Positions 29,841 to 38,874 of a DNA stretch of 64,000 nt are shown in pieces; positions within the stretch are counted from its first letter, which is position 1, and each line of letters starts with the position of its first letter. Under the pieces are notes generated by a model that saw only the letters and a program-made list of their open reading frames with translations, was not told the origin of the DNA and searched no databases. The translations under genes and the position numbers were made by a program. Where the stretch lies: assembly GCA_963771075.1 (NCBI GenBank), contig CAVYSE010000006.1, positions 64,001 to 128,000 on the forward strand. The letters run 5' to 3'. The DNA comes from a candidate division FCPU426 bacterium (GTDB lineage: Bacteria > Oederibacteriota > Muellerivitia > Muellerivitales > Muellerivitaceae).

Positions 29841-29962
29841 TGTAACCTCTGAAAAACTCGAAAATTTCACCGCCAAGACGCCAAGTACGCCAAAAAATAT
29901 TTATTTTTTCAGTGAAAACCTCAAAGCAGACGAACCATAAAAAGCTTTTTTCTGAGGTTACA
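29841..29962. mobile_element. Short MITE-like element
   Basis: TIR TGTAACCTCTGAAAAA / TTTTTCTGAGGTTACA; internal CGCCAAGACGCCAAGTACGCCAA. Confidence 0.7.
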
Positions 29963-30075
29963 AATTATATGACCCTTTGATAACCCTAAAAAAAGGTAAA
30001 TTCTCGACAGCTTTAGAATTTACACAGGATTCAAATGCGCGCGCGATATGGAATAAACCTAAAAGGTAATAATAA

Positions 30076-30333
30076 ACTCGACTTTGGCAAATTTTGGAGT
30101 CGTTCTAATTTTCCCCCTCTGAAAGAGGGGGACTAAGGGGGAGTTAGCCTTTTTAAACCCCATCGACAACGATTAATATCCCCTTTCCCCCTTTTTCACC
30201 CCCATTTCACCATTAAGTATTAAAAAATGAAAATAGGGACGTCTCCATGCTTCATGTCATTCTTTCCAATGGGGCATGGGGGAAGGGGGAATAGTCATAA
30301 GCATGCGCTATTAGAAATTTGCCAAAGTTGAGT
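30076..30333. mobile_element. Nested MITE-like element
   Basis: TIR ACTCGACTTTGGCAAATTT / AAATTTGCCAAAGTTGAGT; contains an inverted copy of the 20.9-kb hairpin element. Confidence 0.8.
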
Positions 30334-30463
30334 AACAAACCTGATCAACCGGAAAATTGGAGCTATATGAGGAGGATTTTGGCTCTTTTATTACCCTTAA
30401 CTTGGATGCGGAGCATGGGCGGTTGAACCCCCCCTGATGAGTCAATAGGTTCAGAACTAGTTT

Positions 30464-31042
30464 TTACCGATTCCCGTTGATTTCATCGGGTGTTTCATCG
30501 GGTGGTGGGGCGGTGGGAAAGATTATCTTTTTGAATTTGGTTAAAACCTCTTGAAGTGGAATGATCCGATCGGCGGACTGCATCAGTTCCCTTGGTTGGT
30601 TGTCCGGGAATAGGGCGATTTCCAAGTGTTTCCCCAGTTCCTTGACGAGGGTGAGGGGATGCCCCAAATCCGAATCCTCGGTCAGGACGATTAGGGTGTC
30701 GCAGTCGTTTTTTCCAGCGCGATAGAGCAGTTCGGAAGCGAGGAGGATATCCGTTCCCGTTTCCGTGAAGCCGCCGCCTTTTTCAGGGAGAAGTTTCCCC
30801 AGCCTTATCTCCAGGAGCGGATTTTTCTCCAAGGAGGAGAAAAAGGGTTTCTGGCTCGCGTATTGTTCAGGCGATAGAACGGGGTCGTAGGCGGAATTAA
30901 AATAAAAACTGCGGACCAGCTGGCGATCAGGACCCGCGAGGGCTTTTGACAACTCGAAGTAACTCACCCTGGTGGAAAAATTATTCCGTTTCAAGGCAAA
31001 GTAAAAGTGGCTTCCATCAATGAACACACACACACGTTCCAA
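30464..31042 (-). CDS. NYN domain (LabA/DUF88) protein
   Basis: VFIDGSH, TGTDILLA, LTEDSDL, ELMQSAD; TTG start. Confidence 0.88.
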   Translation of the reverse strand: MERVCVFIDGSHFYFALKRNNFSTRVSYFELSKALAGPDRQLVRSFYFNSAYDPVLSPEQYASQKPFFSSLEKNPLLEIRLGKLLPEKGGGFTETGTDILLASELLYRAGKNDCDTLIVLTEDSDLGHPLTLVKELGKHLEIALFPDNQPRELMQSADRIIPLQEVLTKFKKIIFPTAPPPDETPDEINGNR

Positions 31043-31462
31043 GCGATTGTCCTAACTCGATAGTTTTTTTTGGCAGACCAATTTCAGTTGATCGCTATCA
31101 CCTAATACCTAAATATTAACAAATCGGGGAAAAAGTATCGAACCCATCGGATATTTATTGGGCAGAAATCAATTTAAGCGTTTTTACGCTTTTCCTTCGG
31201 ACTATAAGGACGTTTTCACGATATGAATGCCTAAATGAGGCTTTAAACCGTGTATTCGTGGCCGGTTTTGATTAGACCTAAGACGATATTTTTTTGAAAG
31301 TAACCCCTGAAAGTGTACGAAATTTCTGGCTTTTATCATTGGGACCATTTTCTATCTGGAATATGTAAAAAGGCGGTCCACCCAGTCCATGGGGAAATCC
31401 AAACATGCCTGTAGCTCGTTTAAGTAAGGCGATGAAGGCGCTCAGGGTAGAGATTTTTGGGA

Positions 31463-31834
31463 CTTTCCCGAATTTGCAGATAAAGGGTTTTTGAAGTGCT
31501 TTTTGTGGTCTGTCATCGAGAGGAGGCGCCCCAATCGGGGCGGTTGCCGACGTCGCGATCTCAGTTCGATGTTCGTCTTGGCTTTTTTAAACTGGGATTG
31601 TCCATGGGCTTTAGCCCATGGATGGTTGGCCGAATTCAGGCCAACTACCACAAGCCTCTCGTGAACGTCCGCCTAGCCCCGTTTTTCTTTAATGGTAAAT
31701 AAGGAAAATGGGATGATCCCGCATCACCTTTTAATATTTTCAAAAGGAAACGCGGGATATCGGCGGCCACTCGTCGCAATGACAATCAAATAAAGCAAGA
31801 TTTAAAACAGACTCTATCTGCAAATTCAGGAAAG
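31463..31834. mobile_element. Nested MITE-like element
   Basis: 20-bp TIR CTTTCCCGAATTTGCAGATA / TATCTGCAAATTCAGGAAAG; inner TGTCATCGAGA...TCGCAATGACA; REP-like TCCATGGGCTTTAGCCCATGGA. Confidence 0.8.
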
Positions 31835-31966
31835 AGGCGGATTTTTAAATCGAAAACATGTTGTACACCCCAAGCAACCATTTTGTTTTTATGAAAGACG
31901 GCGAACCTTTCGAATCGGGCCGTGTTTATCAAAACGAGATTAAACCGTGAGGCCGTTTTAACCGAA

Positions 31967-33829
31967 TCAGCCCTTCATCATGTTTTTGTAATAGGCGTTC
32001 CGGCGGGCGACTTGGGTTGGTGGCCCTACATCCTCGATTTTTCCCTTCACGATCACCAACACTTGGTCCGCCCCTCGGGCCAGGGCGGGGTGATGGGTCA
32101 GGGCCAATAGGGTGCAACGACCCCGCAAACCTTGAAGCACCCTCAAGATGCGTTCCTCATTGGAACTGTCCAGATTGGAGGTGGCTTCATCCAGCACCAT
32201 CAGCCGGGGCTTGGCGAGTAGGGTGCGGGCGATCTGGAGCCTTTGCCGCTCACCCAGGGACAAGGGTCCGTGGCCGTCCACGAGGAAAGTGTCCAAACCC
32301 CGGGGCAGATGCCTGACCACCCCGTCTAAACCAGTGCATTTCAGCGCTTCCCAAATTTGCCGGTCATTGGACGTCGGGAATTGGTACAAGAGATTTTCCC
32401 GCAATGTCGCGCTGAACAAAACCCCGTCCGCCGAGACCAGGGATGTGGCGTGGCGCAGGTCCTCCTCCGAAATATCATGGATGTCCTGGCCGTCCAGTAG
32501 GATCCGCCCCCGGGTCGCGGGGCGCAAGCCCAAGATCAACTCAGCCAGTGTGCTCTTGCCGGAACCCGACGGCCCTACCAGCGCGTTTAGTTTTCCCGGC
32601 AGGAGGCTGAATTGGACCCCGCGCAGGACCTTGGAACCATGGTGGTAGGCGTAATCCAAATCTTCAACGACCACGAGCCCCGGCCCGGGGTTGAGGGGTG
32701 ACTTGCCGAAATGCTCCGGTTTTCGGACCGCCAGCCTCAGGCCCCGCCGGAAGGAAGCCACATGCTCTTGGATGACCACGGCCATTCCGGAAAGCGAATC
32801 CAGGGGGCCATAGACCTGTTCGATATAGGCCACCAACATCACCACATCTCCCGGCGTCAGTTGTTTTTCAAAGGCTTTCCACCCCCCCACCAGGAGCACC
32901 AAGGCCTTGCTGACCTGCACCATGAACTCCTGGCCGAAGAGGGTCCAGGCGCTCAAAAGGTCGCGGTGAATGGCGCCGGAGTAAGCGTTTTGGGTTTCTT
33001 GTTCCAGGGCTTTCAGCTCGCGGCCGGAGGCCCCACTGGCCCGCACCGTCTTGAGCCCGTACAGGCTTTCGGAGATTCGACCGGAAATGCCCTGCCATTG
33101 TTGGTAGTAACCGTCCAGATTGAGGCCCAAACGCTTGGTGGACGAATAAGCTACCCAGGCGTAAAAGGGAAGAGGCGCTAAGGCCAGGAAAGCCAGCAGC
33201 CGACTTTGGGAAAGCATGATGCCGAGGATGCAGACCAGGCTGATGATCTCCGGGCCCACGCGCAGTGACAGCATGGTCACGACCGGTTCTACCTGTTCGA
33301 TCTGATCCACCTGTTTGGTGAGGAAGGAGGAGCGTTCCGCGCTCTCCCGGCTTAAGGGAAGCCGTAGGGCCTTGCGAAAAGCGGCGAGAATGACCGCCCG
33401 CTCAATGCCATGCCCGGCCCGGCTGGTCAAGATCTCCGCCCAGGCCGAGGTGAAAGAAGCCACGATGGAAATGAGAAAAAGCAACACGACCACGGCGAAG
33501 AGGGTACCCATGGCCTGCTTGGGGGTGCGGTAGGCGACGGTGTGGCGAGTGTGTGGTTTCTTTGACTTCCAAGCCTCAACCAGGCTTTGTTCGACCTTGT
33601 CGATGGAATCCTCACCCGGGCCCTTTTGCACGAATACGCCGGCCACGTCGTTGACCGCCTCGCGGTATAGGATGGGCTGGAGTAAAAGGAGAAGGCTGGA
33701 AAAACCGGCCAGTAAGAAAATGGAGATAAAGAGCTTTCGCTGACGGAGGGCCATTTTGGCGAGGCTGGTGAGGGGACGAACCGGATCCAGGTCTTCCTCG
33801 AAAGCCGGTCCATTGTTGATATCCACCAT
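31967..33829 (-). CDS. ABC exporter (fused TMD + ATPase)
   Basis: GPSGSGKST, LSLGERQR, VLDEATSNLD. Confidence 0.95.
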   Translation of the reverse strand: MVDINNGPAFEEDLDPVRPLTSLAKMALRQRKLFISIFLLAGFSSLLLLLQPILYREAVNDVAGVFVQKGPGEDSIDKVEQSLVEAWKSKKPHTRHTVAYRTPKQAMGTLFAVVVLLFLISIVASFTSAWAEILTSRAGHGIERAVILAAFRKALRLPLSRESAERSSFLTKQVDQIEQVEPVVTMLSLRVGPEIISLVCILGIMLSQSRLLAFLALAPLPFYAWVAYSSTKRLGLNLDGYYQQWQGISGRISESLYGLKTVRASGASGRELKALEQETQNAYSGAIHRDLLSAWTLFGQEFMVQVSKALVLLVGGWKAFEKQLTPGDVVMLVAYIEQVYGPLDSLSGMAVVIQEHVASFRRGLRLAVRKPEHFGKSPLNPGPGLVVVEDLDYAYHHGSKVLRGVQFSLLPGKLNALVGPSGSGKSTLAELILGLRPATRGRILLDGQDIHDISEEDLRHATSLVSADGVLFSATLRENLLYQFPTSNDRQIWEALKCTGLDGVVRHLPRGLDTFLVDGHGPLSLGERQRLQIARTLLAKPRLMVLDEATSNLDSSNEERILRVLQGLRGRCTLLALTHHPALARGADQVLVIVKGKIEDVGPPTQVARRNAYYKNMMKG

Positions 33830-33999
33830 GAGGGCTTTCCTTCAAGTCTTCCAGAATATTTCGATATCGTACCAAATAAACCCGTACCCTTTGGTCCCAA
33901 TTGTTCATTCCGGCGGGCGGGGGATTAACGTTGAATGGATTTATCCGATAGGTTTAAATTGCAAAAGGATCACCGATCCATAAATGGAAGGGCCTTTCC

Positions 34000-35124
34000 G
34001 TGCTCCAATTGAGGTGGATACTTCTATTCGTTTTTGTTCCCTTTCTTTTGTGCGCGCAAACGGACAGCCTTGATTACCAAAAGGGGTTGAATGCTTACCA
34101 ATCAGGCCAATTCGAACAGGCCATCAACCAGTTCAAAATGGTTTTGCGGGACAACCCGAGTAATTGGCAGGCCCAACAAATGGTTGGGAATTGCTATTAC
34201 CGTTTAAACGATACAAAGAATTGCCTAGAAGCGTTTGAGTCCAGCCTTCAAATCCATCCCGATAACCCGCCCCTTCGGAATTTTATCGATTCCTTCCGGA
34301 ACCAGTTCCTGAAGAGTTTAACCATCGCAACTCCCCAAAACCCCACGCCCACCCCAAGTTCGATTCCGGGAGGTATGAACCCGGGCATCCCAGTCGAAAC
34401 GATGGATTCGATGGCATTACCTTCTGACCCCATCTCCTTCAATCCTAGTAACACGGACCGATCCAATACCTTTTCGAGACCTTATAACGGTTCAGACCCT
34501 ATGCCGAACATCGGGCATTTGAGTTGGGTGGTCGGTTTGGCCTATTGGGTTTCAAACCAGGATGATTTCGCGCGATATTTTGGGCCCCTCTTTCAATCGA
34601 GCGGAACTTCTTCTGGTTTGGAGAATGACCTAGGGATCGATGTTTGCCTGGGAGGGCGTTTGTCCGCCGGGTTGAGGCTTCAATACCTTGACCGTTCAAG
34701 GGATGAATTAGACAATTCCTCCCAACCCCAAAGATGGACTAGTAACGCCTGGGGTGGCGCGTTGGGAGGGAATTATGGAATTCCCTTGGACCGATTTACG
34801 AATCTCGTCCTACATGGGGAGTTTGGCCTTTATTCGATGAATGGAACCATTTTCCTATTACAACCCAATTCAGGATTCGAAAATATAAGCTCGATGAACG
34901 CGGGTTTTTTGGTATCAGAGGATATTGAATTTGTCTTTGGAAAAAATGATTGGGCCTTGGATATCGGGATTGGATATCGGTACTTGGACTTTTCACCACT
35001 TAAAGCCTCTGGGACGGTCAATGACGTCCCGATAACGCCTACAAACCTCCTGGATTATTACGGTAACAGCATGGCTCTCGATTATTCGGGGTTTCAGATC
35101 AACACTTTATTTAAAATTTTATGA
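34000..35124 (+). CDS. TPR + C-terminal outer-membrane beta-barrel protein
   Basis: Signal peptide, TPR helices, Pro linker, amphipathic strands. Confidence 0.75.
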   Translation: MLQLRWILLFVFVPFLLCAQTDSLDYQKGLNAYQSGQFEQAINQFKMVLRDNPSNWQAQQMVGNCYYRLNDTKNCLEAFESSLQIHPDNPPLRNFIDSFRNQFLKSLTIATPQNPTPTPSSIPGGMNPGIPVETMDSMALPSDPISFNPSNTDRSNTFSRPYNGSDPMPNIGHLSWVVGLAYWVSNQDDFARYFGPLFQSSGTSSGLENDLGIDVCLGGRLSAGLRLQYLDRSRDELDNSSQPQRWTSNAWGGALGGNYGIPLDRFTNLVLHGEFGLYSMNGTIFLLQPNSGFENISSMNAGFLVSEDIEFVFGKNDWALDIGIGYRYLDFSPLKASGTVNDVPITPTNLLDYYGNSMALDYSGFQINTLFKIL

Positions 35125-35397
35125 ATCAAATCCGATAATCCCGCATTGGGTTGAAGAAGATGGTTTCAACGATCCATTGAACCCAAATGCCGGCCATTAC
35201 TTGGCGATCCCCAAATCGAGCCCGATCTTTCGCCCTCCAGCCACCCCTTTTAGCCTCTAAACCCCCTCAAAACCCTCAAAGAAGCCATCTGAAGTTAGTT
35301 ACAGGGAGAAAAGCCTCTGATAAAATATAAAAAACCTGTGATGATAGTCTTTTGACAGGTCTGCTTGTTTATGCCCAATATTTATTGAGGTTATTGA

Positions 35398-37203
35398 ATG
35401 CTTCAAGGCACAATCGATAAATATAAGCTTATTGAAATCAAGGGCAGCGGAACCTTTGGAACCGTCTGGTTGGCCGAGGACACTTGGATCGGCAAAAAAG
35501 TTGCCATTAAGATTCCCCACAATCAAAAAGAAGAATTCACAACCCTCATCGCTGAACCGAAACTCTTAGCCTCCCTCGACCACCCCAATATTGTTCAAAT
35601 TCTTACCGTGGACAAGGCCGAAAACATCTTTTTCATGGTTATGGAATACGTAGATGGGAAAAACCTGGCCCAACTCATCCAAGAAACCACTCTGACTTAC
35701 AAAGAGGCGGTGGACATTATTACGCAGATTCTCTTGGCGCTTCAGTACGCCCACGAAAAAAACGTGATCCACCGGGACCTTAAACCCGGAAATATCCTTT
35801 TGACCAGCGATCGTAAGGCGAAAATCACCGATTTTGGGACCGCCATGATCCAATCCGGGAAGAATGGCGCTGGAATCGGCGGAACTATCTATTACATGGC
35901 CAAAGAACAGGTATTGGGGCATCCCATCCCCGCTTCGGACGTCTATTCGGTGGGCGTTATCCTTTACGAAATGGTCACTGGGAAACTGCCTTTCTCGGAT
36001 GAGGTGCCGATGGCGGTTTTGAACAAGATACTAAAAGACGATCCCCCCGCGCCCCATACCTATAATTCCTTGCTTCCGAAGGAATTGGAAGCGGTCATCA
36101 TGAAGGCGCTCCAAAAGGAAATATCCAAGCGTTACCAGTCGGCAGCCGAGATGAAAGCCGACTTAGACAAGATTGCCCCAGCGGCTCTGGCAAACCCCAT
36201 TACGGTAGGGAGCACCACGCAGGATCTCTTGACCCATACACTGGTTCAAGAGGCCGCAAAAAAAGCGCCGAAAGAAACCGGCGACATCAATACCCTTCGC
36301 TACCAAGGTTATCATTACAAGTTGGTCCGAACTCTGGGGACAAGGGGAAAAGAAGAGGGCAATTTCATTTCGCCCGTGGCGGTAGCAGTCGATCCCCAGA
36401 AAAGGGTCTATGTTTGCGACTCCATGAAATGCAATGTCCAGGTCTTTGATGCGGAGGGCAAGTTCCTCTATGGCGTGGGCAAATTCGGCAAGGATAGCAA
36501 TGACTCGAAGGACGTGAATTTTCTCATGCCCGTATCCTTGGCCGTGGACCAGGGCGGCAATCTGGTGGTGTTGGACGCGAAAACTTGCACGGTCCAAATC
36601 ATCGGGAAAATGGGCCAGTTAATTACCAAATTCGGAGAACCGGCATCCCCCACCACCGGAAAAATTGAAATAGGCACGGGTGGTTTTTTCCATCCCCAAG
36701 CCATCGCATTAGATGACAAAGACAATATTTATGTTTCGGATACAGGCAACCACCGCATCCGTGTTTTTAACCCGGCCGGAAAGGTATTGAACAAATTCGG
36801 CATCCAAGGCGCGCGTTTAGGCGAATTTAACAACCCCGCGGGCCTTACCATGGACGGGGCGGGTAATCTTTTGGTGGTGGACGAGAAAAACTACCGGGTA
36901 CAAATCTTCTCCGCGAGGGGGGTCTTCAAGAACAAGTTCGGAAAGCGTGGGACCGGAAGGGGCGAATTTGCCGCTCCCATCGGCGTTACGACTGACACTA
37001 AACGCAACATCTTCGTCACCGATCGGGACTTAAGGATCCAGGTGTTTGACTCGGAAGGATATTATTTAACGGACTTTGGAACACCGCAGGGAAACTATAA
37101 AATAGCTCCCAAGTATTACGGAATCGCCACGGACTCGGAAAACAGCGTTTACGTCACCGATATCGCTAATTGCAGCGTGCTGGTTTACGCTTTGAAGAAA
37201 TGA
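35398..37203 (+). CDS. Hanks-type Ser/Thr kinase with C-terminal NHL repeats
   Basis: GSGTFG, VAIK, HRDLKPGN, DFG; F-x-x-P-x-G/A...D NHL repeats. Confidence 0.95.
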   Translation: MLQGTIDKYKLIEIKGSGTFGTVWLAEDTWIGKKVAIKIPHNQKEEFTTLIAEPKLLASLDHPNIVQILTVDKAENIFFMVMEYVDGKNLAQLIQETTLTYKEAVDIITQILLALQYAHEKNVIHRDLKPGNILLTSDRKAKITDFGTAMIQSGKNGAGIGGTIYYMAKEQVLGHPIPASDVYSVGVILYEMVTGKLPFSDEVPMAVLNKILKDDPPAPHTYNSLLPKELEAVIMKALQKEISKRYQSAAEMKADLDKIAPAALANPITVGSTTQDLLTHTLVQEAAKKAPKETGDINTLRYQGYHYKLVRTLGTRGKEEGNFISPVAVAVDPQKRVYVCDSMKCNVQVFDAEGKFLYGVGKFGKDSNDSKDVNFLMPVSLAVDQGGNLVVLDAKTCTVQIIGKMGQLITKFGEPASPTTGKIEIGTGGFFHPQAIALDDKDNIYVSDTGNHRIRVFNPAGKVLNKFGIQGARLGEFNNPAGLTMDGAGNLLVVDEKNYRVQIFSARGVFKNKFGKRGTGRGEFAAPIGVTTDTKRNIFVTDRDLRIQVFDSEGYYLTDFGTPQGNYKIAPKYYGIATDSENSVYVTDIANCSVLVYALKK

Positions 37204-37210
37204 GGAATTA

Positions 37211-38779
37211 ATGAGCGAAACCAATCCCAGCGAAAACGCCTCCCCGGGACGTATTGTACTGACGCCCGCCAAATCCTCCGGCAAACCCCAAATCACTATG
37301 GCCGTTTTGGCCGGGCCTGAACAGGGCTCGGTTTTCAAGATCAACCGACCTACCACCACGATGGGCCGTTCGAACACCTGTGAGATCGTCGTTTCGGATC
37401 CCCTGGTTTCCCGTCAACATTGCCAGATCCTTCTGGGTATGGGGGGAATTAGTTTACGTGACCTGGGAAGCACCAACGGTACCTTTTTGAACGGACAAAG
37501 GGTGACCGAGAGCCCATTGCGTAACCAGGACGTGATTTCCGTTGGCGGCACCCGCATCCGGTTCGCATTGGAATTGAGCAAGCCAGAGGGTGACGAGAAG
37601 TTGCTCAAAATCGACGAACTAGCACATAAAAAACTTCTCACACTTTATGAAGTAGGAAACATCGTCAATTCGGTTCTGGAACTCAAAACCCTTCTATCTA
37701 TCATCATGGCAATGGCGATCAAGGTCATGCAAGCGAACCGGGGCTTCCTGCTGCTACGAGAAAATAAAGGGGGTGACCTGAGACCGGTTGCCACCCACGC
37801 GCTGACCGTTGCGGAAGCTTCAGCCCCCTACAGTCAGACCATTGTCGATACCGTATTGAAGGAAAGGGTGCCTGTACTGGTTTTGGACGCCTCTCATGAC
37901 GTTCGTTTTTCCAATCGAGATAGTCTCAAGGCCTTGCCCCTTTCCTCAGTCATCTGCGTTCCCATATGGGAACGGGATACGATCGTTGGGGTAATCTATG
38001 TGGATAAGGCCGAGGGTACCGCAACTTTCAATGAAGAGGATATGTATTTTCTCTCCGCCTTCGCCAATCAGGCTGCGGTTGCCATTACCAACGCGAAACT
38101 TTTTGACGATGTGAGGCGCGAGGAACGGATGCGAACCTCCCTTCAGCGGTATCTTTCCCCCAATCTGGTGGATGATATGCTCAAGAAGGGCACTGTGAAC
38201 ATGGCCTTGGGCGGTGAAAAGAAGAAAATATCGGTTTTGTTTTGTGATATAAGGGGATTCACTCCCATGTCCGAAAAACAGCCCGTTGAAACGGTGGTTA
38301 GTTTACTCAATGAGTATTTCAGCGCCATGAGCGAGGTCATTTTCAAGAACCAAGGAACTCTTGATAAATTCATCGGTGACGCGGTGATGGCCATTTACGG
38401 AGCTCCCCTGGAACTTCCCAATAGTTCCTTCCAGGCGGTTAAAACGGCCCTTGAAATGAAGGATAAACTCGCGGAATTGAACCTGAAGTGGAAAGGCGAA
38501 AATAAGCCTCAGATAGAGGTTGGCTTCGGGATCAATACGGGCGAAGCCATCGTCGGCAACATCGGCAGCGAACGCCGTATGGAATACACCGCTATCGGCG
38601 ACATGGTGAACGTGGCCTCCCGGGTGGAGGGCGAAACCGAGCATAACCAGATCTTCATCACCGAATCGACGCTGAACGCCTTGGATGGCAAAGCAGAAGT
38701 TAAGAAACTTTCACCGGTTCAGCTCAAGGGAAAAAGTGCAAAGGTTCAGATATACGAAGTGGTTTCCCTAAAGTCTTAA
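37211..38779 (+). CDS. FHA-GAF-class III adenylate cyclase
   Basis: GR...SRQH...STNGT (FHA); LFCDIRGFT, DKFIGDA, YTAIGDMVNVASR. Confidence 0.95.
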   Translation: MSETNPSENASPGRIVLTPAKSSGKPQITMAVLAGPEQGSVFKINRPTTTMGRSNTCEIVVSDPLVSRQHCQILLGMGGISLRDLGSTNGTFLNGQRVTESPLRNQDVISVGGTRIRFALELSKPEGDEKLLKIDELAHKKLLTLYEVGNIVNSVLELKTLLSIIMAMAIKVMQANRGFLLLRENKGGDLRPVATHALTVAEASAPYSQTIVDTVLKERVPVLVLDASHDVRFSNRDSLKALPLSSVICVPIWERDTIVGVIYVDKAEGTATFNEEDMYFLSAFANQAAVAITNAKLFDDVRREERMRTSLQRYLSPNLVDDMLKKGTVNMALGGEKKKISVLFCDIRGFTPMSEKQPVETVVSLLNEYFSAMSEVIFKNQGTLDKFIGDAVMAIYGAPLELPNSSFQAVKTALEMKDKLAELNLKWKGENKPQIEVGFGINTGEAIVGNIGSERRMEYTAIGDMVNVASRVEGETEHNQIFITESTLNALDGKAEVKKLSPVQLKGKSAKVQIYEVVSLKS

Positions 38780-38874
38780 TTCGCTCAGGCAATCCCAAAT
38801 CAACAGGTTTTTTTTTTAGCCAAACGGTTCAAATTCCCTTTGTTTTTAATCGCTGTTAAACGAAAATTCACCCT

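Noticed and set aside
30464..31042. Inactive NYN nuclease
   Set aside because: Motifs are divergent but the main acidic residues are retained
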